Notes: generated from the sequence alone by a model not told the origin. Shown: positions 1 through 8,128, counted from the stretch's first letter. The stretch is DNA of 20,000 bases from Candidatus Pelearchaeum sp. (GCA_015520425.1 WAQC01000090.1:1-20000), one strand, 5' to 3'. Made by a program: numbers and translations.

Positions 1-1086
1 AGTATGCATATTGTTGAGATTATTGAGATGGTTCAGGGACTTATTTCCAGGGGGTATGCATACCGCGTTGATGGTAGCGTTTACTTTGATGTGATGAAAG
101 TTGATGATTATGGTAAGTTATCTGGGATAAGGCGGGAGGAGCTGGATAGACATAGGATAGAACCCGACCCGCGTAAGAGAAACTCGGCTGACTTTGCTCT
201 TTGGAAGGAGGCTCCTCCTGGCTATCCGCTCTCATGGCCAAGCCCCTGGGGCAGGGGATTCCCAGGATGGCATATAGAATGCTCCGTTATGAGCATGAAG
301 TATCTAGGAGAGCAGATAGACATTCATGGAGGAGGACAGGAGCTAGTTTTCCCACACCACGAAAATGAGATAGCCCAATCAGAGAGCTTCACAGGTAAGA
401 AGCCCTTCGTCAAGTATTGGCTACATACTGGCGAGCTCACCGTGGGTGGGCGCGGGATGCATAAGTCGCTGGGTAATTTCATAACCATACGCCAAGCGCT
501 CCAAAACTATGACGCAGACACAATACGGCTCTTCGTACTCTCATCACATTATAGAAGCCCGCTAGACTATAGTGAGAACTCAATGAGGCAGGCCTTAGAG
601 AATATTATGCGAATAAGAGGACTTCTTGACCATGTAAATAGCCTACTAGCAGAGGCGAAAGATTACGGGGATATTGATTCTGAGGAGAGGGAATTTATTA
701 GCAAAATTGAGGCAGCTAGACAGGGATTTATACAAGCCATGGCTGACGATTTTAACACTCCACAGGCGTTGTCACAGTTGTATGAACTTGTGAGACTTTC
801 TAACTCGTTCATAAGTAAGCGTAGCAAAATCTCCAGTCAAGTACTCCAGCGCATATCCAGTAATATTCTTGATTTATGTAATTCTATTGGCCTGCTTCTG
901 GACTATAAGCCCCCGAAACTCGCCGCAGATGTGGAGAAACTGCTCAATATCTTGGTTGAGGTTAGAGCGGAGCTCCGCCGTAGGGGTATGTACGACCTGA
1001 GCGATAGGATAAGGAGTCGTTTATCGGAGCTGGGTCTGATAGTTGAGGACACGCGAGAAGGGACTCGTGTAAGGGTTGCGCGATAA
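1..1086 (+). CDS. cysS: Cysteinyl-tRNA synthetase, C-terminal ~361 aa (5' end lies outside the window)
   Basis: The reading frame is open from nt 1. Class I aaRS/CysRS motifs are present: PWGRGFPGWHIECSVMS, FPHHENEIAQSE, and a KMSKS-type loop GMHKSLGNF, followed by a helical anticodon-binding region. Confidence 0.93.
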   Translation, partial: SMHIVEIIEMVQGLISRGYAYRVDGSVYFDVMKVDDYGKLSGIRREELDRHRIEPDPRKRNSADFALWKEAPPGYPLSWPSPWGRGFPGWHIECSVMSMKYLGEQIDIHGGGQELVFPHHENEIAQSESFTGKKPFVKYWLHTGELTVGGRGMHKSLGNFITIRQALQNYDADTIRLFVLSSHYRSPLDYSENSMRQALENIMRIRGLLDHVNSLLAEAKDYGDIDSEEREFISKIEAARQGFIQAMADDFNTPQALSQLYELVRLSNSFISKRSKISSQVLQRISSNILDLCNSIGLLLDYKPPKLAADVEKLLNILVEVRAELRRRGMYDLSDRIRSRLSELGLIVEDTREGTRVRVAR

Positions 1087-1141
1087 GCTAAATAATCCAA
1101 AGACACACTACTACGGAGTTTAGGTTAGATGGTGGGGTGGT

Positions 1142-1843
1142 TTGAAGGGCGTTATACTAGCTGGTGGCTATGGGAAGCGTTTAAGACCGCTCACCGACTC
1201 TGTGCCTAAGCCGCTTCTCAAGGTTTCTGAAAGACCAATAATAGAATGGCAGATTGAATGGCTAAAACACTACGGAATAGATGAGATAGTGGTATGTGCT
1301 GGCTATCTAAAGGAGAAGATTGTTGATGAGATTGGGAGCGGTCATAAGCTCGGTGTTAAGATAGGATATGCTATTGAGGACGAGCCTCTAGGGACTGGAG
1401 GCGCTTTGAAGAATGCTGAACACCTGCTTTCAAATGAAGATAAGTTCATAGTGATTAATGGTGATATACTTACAAACCTAGACCCGCGCAGGCTTCTTCC
1501 CATGCTTGATGAGAAGGATGTAGTCGGTTGTATAGCGTTGGTTCATCTTCCATCACCTTTTGGAATTATAGAATTTGACAAACAGAGTGGAAGAATTCTG
1601 AAATTTACTGAAAAGCCTCGGCTTCCCCAACATTATATTAACGCGGGGGTTTATGCTTTTAGGCCGTCGGTATTTCAGTACTTGCCTGAGAATGGTGATA
1701 TTGAGAAGACGACGTTTCCATCACTAGCTAAGGATGGTATGCTTAGGGCTATTCCTTACGAAGGTGTGGAGTGGATTAGCATAGATAGTCATAAGGACTT
1801 GGAGGAAGCTGCCAAGCTTGTGGGAAGGATAATACCTACCTGA
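1142..1843 (+). CDS. Sugar-phosphate nucleotidyltransferase (NTP_transferase fold; sugar specificity not determinable)
   Basis: N-terminal signature KGVILAGGYGKRLRPLTDSVPKPLL, then GTGGAL and INGDILT motifs. TTG start preceded by the SD-like tggtggggtgg. At 233 aa it lacks a C-terminal beta-helix domain. Confidence 0.85.
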   Translation: MKGVILAGGYGKRLRPLTDSVPKPLLKVSERPIIEWQIEWLKHYGIDEIVVCAGYLKEKIVDEIGSGHKLGVKIGYAIEDEPLGTGGALKNAEHLLSNEDKFIVINGDILTNLDPRRLLPMLDEKDVVGCIALVHLPSPFGIIEFDKQSGRILKFTEKPRLPQHYINAGVYAFRPSVFQYLPENGDIEKTTFPSLAKDGMLRAIPYEGVEWISIDSHKDLEEAAKLVGRIIPT

Positions 1844-2342
1844 GGCGGCGTATCATGACGTATGCATCTTCGCCATCCATGTAGTAGGATTTACTCCTCT
1901 CGTGTATCTTATATCCTAGTTTCTGGTAAAGCCGTATAGCCTGCTCGTTGCTTACCCTAACCTCAAGATAGCTCTCATCACACTTATACACATCCCTAAG
2001 AGAGTCAAGTGTTCTCCTCATAAGCTCAAATGCTATGCCCCGTCTTCTATATTCTGGAAGCACGGCCACAGAGACCACGTTCCCAGCCTTCTTTACGCGC
2101 AGCGTCTCAAACTTTGAGAATATCCTTTCAATCCTACACATCACATAGCCAATAACTCGGCCGTTATGGATAGCCACCCAAAATGCGGCGGGATAATCCC
2201 GTAATATAGACTCAAAGAAGCTATACGTGTAGTTTTCAGGCAGGCATATCCTGTTTATATTCATTACTTGAAGCAGGTCTTCAAACCGCGCATTACGATA
2301 TTCTACCGCCAGCTTATTATCGCCGTGTATGAGCGTCTCCAT
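1836..2342 (-). CDS. GNAT N-terminal (N-alpha) acetyltransferase, Ard1/Naa10/RimI-like
   Basis: 168 aa. Acetyl-CoA motif VSVAVLPEYRRRGIAFELM. From memory, it is collinear with Sulfolobus Ard1 over the whole length (LPENY..FF, YLEVRVSN..AI.LY.KLG, YY.DGEDAY.M). Confidence 0.85.
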   Translation of the reverse strand: METLIHGDNKLAVEYRNARFEDLLQVMNINRICLPENYTYSFFESILRDYPAAFWVAIHNGRVIGYVMCRIERIFSKFETLRVKKAGNVVSVAVLPEYRRRGIAFELMRRTLDSLRDVYKCDESYLEVRVSNEQAIRLYQKLGYKIHERSKSYYMDGEDAYVMIRRLR

Positions 2343-2374
2343 AACCCAGCTTGGATTTGTTAATGCAAACTAGG

Positions 2375-2384
2375 TTATTATAAG
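2375..2384. promoter_or_regulatory. Putative TATA element (TTATTATAAG) in the divergent spacer between the acetyltransferase (-) and the M50 protease (+)
   Basis: An AT-rich decamer centred ~37 nt from the minus-strand ATG at 2342 and ~45 nt from GTG 2425. A second AT-rich candidate, TAAAGATAAT at ~2398-2407, may serve the plus gene. Confidence 0.3.
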
Positions 2385-2424
2385 CCTTTCCAAGAGACTA
2401 AAGATAATCCTTTTACCTCGGCGC

Positions 2425-3546
2425 GTGTTATATGGGGGTGTGTTTAGTGCGTCAAGCGTCTATGAGCCGCGTCTAGAGGAGATAAAGAGGATAATCACCA
2501 GCAACTTTAGGGTTAGGGACCTATATTATGATGCGGGGGTTCTTACTTTTGATATTGAGGATACTTGGATAAAGGAGAGGTTTAAGGAAGCGGCTCTCAT
2601 GATGCGGGAGCTTGGATACCTTCCTACTGCAAAGAAAACTGAGCAGGGAGTTCAGATTAAGGTGTATCCCTACAGCAGGCCAAAGAAGGGCTCTATGAGA
2701 ATACCAATACTGATGATGACGGCCACGATAGCTACCGTCGGCGCAGACGGGTATCTACGTTCCTCAAGCCCCATATACAAGCTCCTACAGATACAATATG
2801 GAATATCCGAGATAATAATCCAATCACTACTATTCACAATAGCGATATTCTCCATAGTCTTCATACATGAGATGGGCCATAAGATATCTGCTTGGATTGA
2901 CAAGATATCAGCCAGCCCTCCATACTTCATACCTGGACTTCCAGGATTTATCCCGACCTTTGGTGCCGTGATTTTCCAGAGAGACCCGTTGGTGAATCGT
3001 GATGATATGTTTGACATAGGTGTTAGTGGGCCTGTCGCGGGGTTCATGGTTGGAGTGCTGGTTACGTTTCTCGCTTTCCAGACTGCAGTATGGATTCCCG
3101 CTGAGCAGTATCTGACCGTGATAAGCTCTGCTGTTGAGGAGGGGGCGGTATTCTACAGCCCGCCTCTCATATTCCACCTGATTAGGATGCTCTATGGAAA
3201 CCCTGATTCTGTCCCATTCTTCATGAGCGTCGGCTTCGCAGCATGGCTGGGAATGGTGGTAACCGCGCTTAATTTACTCCCCATATGGCAGCTGGATGGG
3301 GGCAGGATATTCCGCAGCTTCCTATCACGCCGCCAGCACATAATAGCCTCATACATCGCGTTAGGAATCCTCGCGATAACTGGATATTTCTTCATGGCTC
3401 TACTAATAATACTGCTGATGCATAGAGCGCCTGACATAGCGCCACTAGATGAGGTGTCGCCACTCTCACGCGGAAGGAAGCTGGCCATGATAGGCGTTAT
3501 AGCCATGCTAATACTCTCCTACGTCCCGCTGACGCGCGTGGCTTAA
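2425..3546 (+). CDS. M50 family site-2 protease-like intramembrane metalloprotease
   Basis: HEMGH zinc motif inside a hydrophobic segment. Second motif ALNLLPIWQLDGGRI (NxxPxxxLDG). Multiple predicted TM helices. GTG start, with alternative in-frame starts a few codons downstream. Confidence 0.9.
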   Translation: MLYGGVFSASSVYEPRLEEIKRIITSNFRVRDLYYDAGVLTFDIEDTWIKERFKEAALMMRELGYLPTAKKTEQGVQIKVYPYSRPKKGSMRIPILMMTATIATVGADGYLRSSSPIYKLLQIQYGISEIIIQSLLFTIAIFSIVFIHEMGHKISAWIDKISASPPYFIPGLPGFIPTFGAVIFQRDPLVNRDDMFDIGVSGPVAGFMVGVLVTFLAFQTAVWIPAEQYLTVISSAVEEGAVFYSPPLIFHLIRMLYGNPDSVPFFMSVGFAAWLGMVVTALNLLPIWQLDGGRIFRSFLSRRQHIIASYIALGILAITGYFFMALLIILLMHRAPDIAPLDEVSPLSRGRKLAMIGVIAMLILSYVPLTRVA

Positions 3547-4556
3547 GATTTTATCGCCAAACGCGTCCCAAGAACCTGTGGAATAGCTACAACCCTGCTC
3601 TCCCTACCCTTCACCCTCCAAGCGTAGGTAAGCGCATCATCAACGACATCAGAATGCCTAGCACCGAGAAGCTTCTCCACATACGTTGCGGGAAGAGCGG
3701 TAACCATACAAACCTTACTAACATCAACAAGCTTAAACCAGCGCTCAAGAACCATATCACCGCTTTCCACGTTATTATGACGGCTTACCAACGACTGGAT
3801 AAACGAGCCTGGGCCAAGCCCCCCACTACATTCGGCAACGAAGATTATTACACAGTCTTCCGCTACACCATATAGCGACGCAGGGATATGCATACATGAG
3901 TATAGATTATTATCTGTTGGATACCCATCACCACAGAGGATTATGACATCTGGCTTCTCCTCAAGATAGACGATAGCTCCATCATGTTCTTCGTCGGTTT
4001 CCATGTTTATTGATTTAATTTCACCTCGTGCTGCGTTGGCCTCTATTATGAGAACATCCTCGTTAAGGTTTGGTATTTGCTTTTTGAAGTGCTCCGCCCC
4101 TATCGTAGTGTAGCCCCACATAATCTTTGGTGCAACTATAACCTTAGCGTTCTTCCCATACTTTCCAGCATCATATTCGCGTAATGTGATAATCCTATCT
4201 ACATTTGGGAAATGCTTGGCGATATGAGCCACGTTTGCAGCAAGCTCTTTCTCAACCTTATCAGAATAATAGCGCCAACCTGAAATAACCAACTCTAGAC
4301 GCTTCTCTAATGTCATAAAGATGTTTATAGTGTCTTGTATGAGCTCATCAAGCCCTTCAAGACCAGCTACATAATCAACGAACATGACAACTTTATTGTC
4401 TCGGTTAATTAGATGTTCATTCTCTTCTACTAATCGTTTTACGTCCTCGCCGAACCGTCTTCCAGTAATTTCATTCTGTATTATTGTTATGTTGGCTTCG
4501 CTGGGGAGGTCTGCGAATACCTCTGTCTTGCCGTACTTAAGCCATACCTCAACCAT
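3543..4556 (-). CDS. LarA-like (DUF2088 / lactate-racemase fold) protein, probably non-canonical
   Basis: 337 aa. By-eye similarity to LarA: N-terminus VWLKYGKTEVFADLP; C-terminal block PDVIILCGDGYPTDNNLYSCM...VIIFVAECSGGLGPGSF (compare LarA ...STNGGYPLDQNIYQAVK...IIMVAGARDGHGGEGF); and the end AIPQVLG. The protein is shorter than LarA, and the catalytic His/Lys motifs are not evident. Confidence 0.5.
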   Translation of the reverse strand: MVEVWLKYGKTEVFADLPSEANITIIQNEITGRRFGEDVKRLVEENEHLINRDNKVVMFVDYVAGLEGLDELIQDTINIFMTLEKRLELVISGWRYYSDKVEKELAANVAHIAKHFPNVDRIITLREYDAGKYGKNAKVIVAPKIMWGYTTIGAEHFKKQIPNLNEDVLIIEANAARGEIKSINMETDEEHDGAIVYLEEKPDVIILCGDGYPTDNNLYSCMHIPASLYGVAEDCVIIFVAECSGGLGPGSFIQSLVSRHNNVESGDMVLERWFKLVDVSKVCMVTALPATYVEKLLGARHSDVVDDALTYAWRVKGRESRVVAIPQVLGTRLAIKS

Positions 4557-4580
4557 CTTACTTCTCCTTAACTTCTCTCG

Positions 4581-4590
4581 CTATAAATAG
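4581..4590. promoter_or_regulatory. Putative shared bidirectional TATA box (CTATAAATAG) for the LarA-like gene (-) and the F420 operon (+)
   Basis: This is the only AT-rich element in the 56-nt divergent spacer. Its centre lies ~27 nt from ATG 4613 and ~29 nt from the minus-strand ATG at 4556. That spacing is expected for archaeal leaderless mRNAs (TATA centred about -26/-27). Confidence 0.45.
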
Positions 4591-4612
4591 ACGGCTACAA
4601 AGGTCTATTGGT

Positions 4613-5242
4613 ATGGTCTGCGAAGCGGGGGCTGTGATTGACTTCCTCAAGAGTAGGAGAAGCTCAAAGCTTCTTAAGCGTGGTGATGTGCCTTTGGAGT
4701 ATGTAAAGAAAGCCCTAGAGGCGGCCACCTATGCCGCCAACGCGCATAACTCACAGCCATGGCGCTTCATCATAATAACAAGTGAGGAGATAAAAGAAAA
4801 ACTCCTAGAAGCCATGGAGGAAGAATGGCGGCGCGACCTCTCCAAAGACGGCCTAGAGGAGGAGAAGATTGAGAAGATAATAGAACATGCGTCTGAAAGG
4901 ACTCGTAGAGCTTCCATTCTAGTTATAGCGTGTCTAACTATGGAGGATATGGATGTCTATCCAGACGAGAGACGGCAGAGATACGAGTATGTTATGGGTG
5001 TCCAGTCGGTAGCTGCGGCTATACAGAACATGCTCCTCGCCCTACATGCGTATGGCCTCGGAGCTTGCTGGAGGTGCTCTCCACTCTTTGCGCAGGAGGC
5101 GGTGCGCAGAGTCTTGGGGATACCTAGGGAGGTTGAGCCTCAGGCGTTGATTGAGATAGGCCTACCTGGGGGACAGCGCGAGGCGAGCCGCAAACCCCTT
5201 GGTGAGGTATGTTTCCTTAACACTTGGGGTGAGAGGATTTGA
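4613..5242 (+). CDS. Nitroreductase-fold flavoprotein, stand-alone; possibly FbiB C-terminal-domain-like and F420-biosynthesis associated
   Basis: Nitroreductase signature AANAHNSQPWRF and a C-terminal GLGACW...P block. Its stop overlaps the cofD start (TTGA). The family call is solid. The F420 role is inferred from operon context. Confidence 0.75.
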   Translation: MVCEAGAVIDFLKSRRSSKLLKRGDVPLEYVKKALEAATYAANAHNSQPWRFIIITSEEIKEKLLEAMEEEWRRDLSKDGLEEEKIEKIIEHASERTRRASILVIACLTMEDMDVYPDERRQRYEYVMGVQSVAAAIQNMLLALHAYGLGACWRCSPLFAQEAVRRVLGIPREVEPQALIEIGLPGGQREASRKPLGEVCFLNTWGERI

Positions 5243-6171
5243 TAACATGCCTAGCTGGAGGAGTAGGGGCTGCACGTCTCTTAGAAGGGCTTGACAAAAT
5301 AGTAGATGAACATGGCGAGGAGCTTACCGTAATAGTTAATACGGGAGATGATGAAGAGTTCTTCGGCCTTCACGTCTCCCCAGATATAGATATCATAACT
5401 TACACGCTGGCGGGGATTGTTGAGAGGGAGCGTGGATGGGGAATTCGTGGCGATACCTTCGCGTGTCTTGACATGCTCGCAAGGCTTGGGTGCGAGACGT
5501 GGTTTAAGCTTGGAGACCGCGATATGGCCATACACATCTACAGGACTTGGAGGCTCAGGGATGGGGCTACACTAAGCCAGGTAACCGCAGAGATAGCCGC
5601 GAAGCTGGGCGTGAGGCATAAGATTATCCCGATGAGCGACGACCCTGTAAAGACGCATATAAAGACGCCAGCGGGCTTGCTTCCATTTCAACGCTATTTT
5701 GTTGAACGTGGAGCAAGTGATGAGGTCTTGGACGTTGTTTATGTTGGCTCTGATAGAGCTAGGCCAGCTTCAGGAGTCATAGAGTCTATACTCGGTGCGG
5801 AGGGTGTAATAATATGTCCGAGCAACCCTATAGTGAGCATAGGCACAATACTCGCGGTTCCTGGGGTTAGGGAAGCTCTACGCAAAACTTCTGGAAAAGT
5901 TCTCGCAATAAGCCCCATAATCGGCGGCGCTACCGTCAAGGGGCCAGCAGACAGAATGATGCGTGGGCTTGGGATTGAGGTCTCAGCTGCGGGCGTCGCA
6001 GAGCTTTACAAAGACTTTCTAAACATATATGTGATGGATGCGCAAGATGCGGAACTTCGTGAAAAAGTACAGAGCATGGGCGTTGATGTACATATAACCA
6101 ATACCCTGATGAGGTCTCTTGAGGATAAGAAGAGGCTGGCGCAGACCTGCTTGGAGCTTTTGGGGCTGTGA
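5239..6171 (+). CDS. cofD: 2-phospho-L-lactate (LPPG:FO) transferase CofD/FbiA
   Basis: [18 protein letters not shown]-terminus; [26 protein letters not shown]...[11 protein letters not shown]; and [23 protein letters not shown]. All are typical CofD blocks. The TTG start overlaps the upstream stop by 4 nt. Confidence 0.9.
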   Translation: MITCLAGGVGAARLLEGLDKIVDEHGEELTVIVNTGDDEEFFGLHVSPDIDIITYTLAGIVERERGWGIRGDTFACLDMLARLGCETWFKLGDRDMAIHIYRTWRLRDGATLSQVTAEIAAKLGVRHKIIPMSDDPVKTHIKTPAGLLPFQRYFVERGASDEVLDVVYVGSDRARPASGVIESILGAEGVIICPSNPIVSIGTILAVPGVREALRKTSGKVLAISPIIGGATVKGPADRMMRGLGIEVSAAGVAELYKDFLNIYVMDAQDAELREKVQSMGVDVHITNTLMRSLEDKKRLAQTCLELLGL

Positions 6172-6172
6172 A

Positions 6173-6796
6173 ATGCGGAGAATAGCTCTAATACCTGTGA
6201 AAAACCTGGAGCTTAGCAAGACTAGACTTAGTAAGGTGCTCTCTCCCGCCAAGCGGCGGCGCATAGTGCTTAGCATGCTTAGCAAAGTCATAAAAGCATG
6301 TAAGGGAGCAGGGCTGGAATGCATTATACTCTCCAGCGATAGGCGTGTCTTAGAGATATGCCGTAGAAGAAGGTGTAAAACAATAATTGACTATGCGGCT
6401 TCTCTTAATAAGTCAGTGGAAGAGGCTGTTAGATATCTCAGCCCCGACGCCGATACTAGGCTATCCGTAGTCTTCTCAGACCTACCACTACTCAGTAGCT
6501 CTGATATCTCCACCATAATGCGTATCCTTGATTACTGTGATGTAGTGATAGCGCCAGACCTACATCTATCGGGGACAAATATAATAGCCCTTAAAGGCGT
6601 CTTTGATGAGCTTAGATTCATGTATGGCCATGGGAGCTTTGACGCGCATCTACACGCCTTCAGCTCTCGTGGAAAAACCACTAAAACATACATTTCGCTT
6701 GGTACTGCGCTTGATATAGACACACCAAGGGATATTCGTCTTTTGGAGAAAATATTGGGGAAGAGGAGGGCGTGGTCTCTTCTCAGTGCTTATTAA
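6173..6796 (+). CDS. cofC: 2-phospho-L-lactate / phosphoenolpyruvate guanylyltransferase CofC/FbiD
   Basis: The N-terminus MRRIALIPVKNLELSKTRLSKVLSPAKRRRIVLSMLSKV matches the CofC pattern (IPVK..aKtRLs..L....R). SDLPLL motif present. I chose the ATG at 6173, 1 nt after the cofD stop, over the longest-ORF start at 6119, which would overlap cofD by 53 nt. Confidence 0.8.
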   Translation: MRRIALIPVKNLELSKTRLSKVLSPAKRRRIVLSMLSKVIKACKGAGLECIILSSDRRVLEICRRRRCKTIIDYAASLNKSVEEAVRYLSPDADTRLSVVFSDLPLLSSSDISTIMRILDYCDVVIAPDLHLSGTNIIALKGVFDELRFMYGHGSFDAHLHAFSSRGKTTKTYISLGTALDIDTPRDIRLLEKILGKRRAWSLLSAY

Positions 6797-6831
6797 TAGG
6801 AGAGTAGTAAGATGTGGTGGGGTGTATATAG

Positions 6832-8037
6832 TTGGTCTTTCCGTTTAGCAGTATTGAGGACTTCAGGGTTGAGCTGAAGTCTGAACATGAGCTTTTCCGT
6901 AAAACTGTTAGGGAGTTTGCTGAGCGTGAGTTGGAGCCGCATTTGAGGGAGATAGAGCGGACTAACCAGATTCCGCAGCAGCTCCTGAAGAAAGCCGCCG
7001 AGCTGGGATACTTCGGGCTTGGAATACCAGAAGAATACGGCGGCCAGGGAACAGACCTGATATACAACAGCATATACGTGGAGGAGGTCTCGCGCATATG
7101 CCCAGCATTCACCGTTGCCACGCTTGTCCATGGACTCTTCACATTTCCAGTTCTCAAGTTCGGCACCGAGGAGCAGCGTCGTAAGTATGTCATACCTCTA
7201 GCGCGCGGTGAGAAGCACGCCGCTCATGCTACGACGGAGCCTGGGGCTGGAAGCGATGTGGCAGCTATTGAGACAACCGCAAAGGAGAAGGATGGCGGAT
7301 GGGTGATAAATGGACGTAAATACTTCATATCAGGAGCGGATAAGGCTGACTACTTCATAGTCCTCGCTAGGACGTCGCCGCCTCCAAGTAAGAAGGAGCG
7401 TTGGAAGGGGCTTACGTTCTTCATAGTGGAGCGCGGTACTGAGGGCTTTAGGGTTGGTGAGAAGATAGAGGTTGTCGGAATACGCGGAAGCCATCCATGC
7501 GAGGTCATACTAGACAACGTCTATGTGCCTGATGAGAATCGCGTGGGCGAGGAGGGAATGGGCTTCAAGATAGCTATGGAGACATACGACCATGGGAGGC
7601 TTGGTGTTGCTGCGCAGGCTGTCGGCGTAGCCCAGGCTGCGTTTGAGAAAAGCCTCCAATACACCATGCAGAGGCGCGCGTTTGAAAGACCTCTCCTAGG
7701 CTTCCAGGCAGTGCAGTTCCATATCAGCGAGATGCTCACTTACCTTGAGGCTGCTAGGCTCATGCTATACTGGGCGTCTCACCTAGCCACGCAGGAAAGG
7801 CCAGAAGCCGTCTTCGCAGCCTCTATGGCCAAGCTCTTCGCAACAGAGGCGGCGGAGAAAGCTGCGTTAAAGGCGATAACCGTTCATGGCGGCATGGGAG
7901 TAGCGGTGGAGGGAATGGTGGAGAGATTCCTCAGGGATGTCCAGATATTCAAGACATACGAGGGGACTAACGATATTCAGCGGTTGGTCATAATGCGGCA
8001 GATGATGAAACAAGCGTTTGGTATGGAAATTTCGTAG
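6832..8037 (+). CDS. Acyl-CoA dehydrogenase (FAD-dependent)
   Basis: 401 aa with full ACAD architecture: TEPGAGSD, FISGA, IAMETYDHGRLGVAAQAVGVAQAA, QAVQF.ISEM, and the C-terminal YEGTNDIQRLVI catalytic-base region. TTG start preceded by the SD-like tggtggggtg. Confidence 0.93.
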   Translation: MVFPFSSIEDFRVELKSEHELFRKTVREFAERELEPHLREIERTNQIPQQLLKKAAELGYFGLGIPEEYGGQGTDLIYNSIYVEEVSRICPAFTVATLVHGLFTFPVLKFGTEEQRRKYVIPLARGEKHAAHATTEPGAGSDVAAIETTAKEKDGGWVINGRKYFISGADKADYFIVLARTSPPPSKKERWKGLTFFIVERGTEGFRVGEKIEVVGIRGSHPCEVILDNVYVPDENRVGEEGMGFKIAMETYDHGRLGVAAQAVGVAQAAFEKSLQYTMQRRAFERPLLGFQAVQFHISEMLTYLEAARLMLYWASHLATQERPEAVFAASMAKLFATEAAEKAALKAITVHGGMGVAVEGMVERFLRDVQIFKTYEGTNDIQRLVIMRQMMKQAFGMEIS

Positions 8038-8068
8038 TCAATACGGTTGTAGGGCTTCTCTTAGAGCC

Positions 8069-8085
8069 TTTAATAATATTTTTAA
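8069..8085 (+). promoter_or_regulatory. AT-rich TATA-like block (TTTAATAATATTTTTAA) upstream of the membrane/zinc-ribbon gene and lhr; its T5 run could also terminate the ACAD transcript
   Basis: A 17-nt A/T-only stretch in an otherwise ~50% GC region. It sits 32 nt after the ACAD stop and ~45-50 nt before the candidate starts at 8120/8129. Confidence 0.35.
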
Positions 8086-8128
8086 GCTGAGCTTAGGATT
8101 TTGCTGTCTGGAAGGCTGCGTGAGCTGG

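Noticed and set aside
6119-6172. The longest-ORF 5' extension of cofC. Analogous extensions occur at 8018-8128 (zinc-ribbon membrane protein), 12850-12876 (kleisin-like gene) and 15916-15939 (pfdA).
   Set aside because: The extensions overlap upstream genes or promoter-like sequence and encode Arg/Trp/Cys-rich junk. The family-typical N-termini begin at internal ATG/GTG codons with better SD context.
6815-6824. An identical 10-mer, TGGTGGGGTG, upstream of two TTG-start genes (1130-1139 before the nucleotidyltransferase and 6815-6824 before the ACAD gene).
   Set aside because: It is best explained as an extended GGTG-type Shine-Dalgarno sequence rather than a specific regulatory repeat. There are only two copies and both are short.
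8001-8090. A possible C/D box sRNA: ATGATGA (C box-like) near the 3' end of the ACAD gene, and CTGA (D box-like) at 8087-8090.
   Set aside because: The ~85-nt spacing is long for archaeal C/D sRNAs. There are no internal D'/C' boxes and no terminal complementary stem. The C-like box lies inside coding sequence (QMMKQ).
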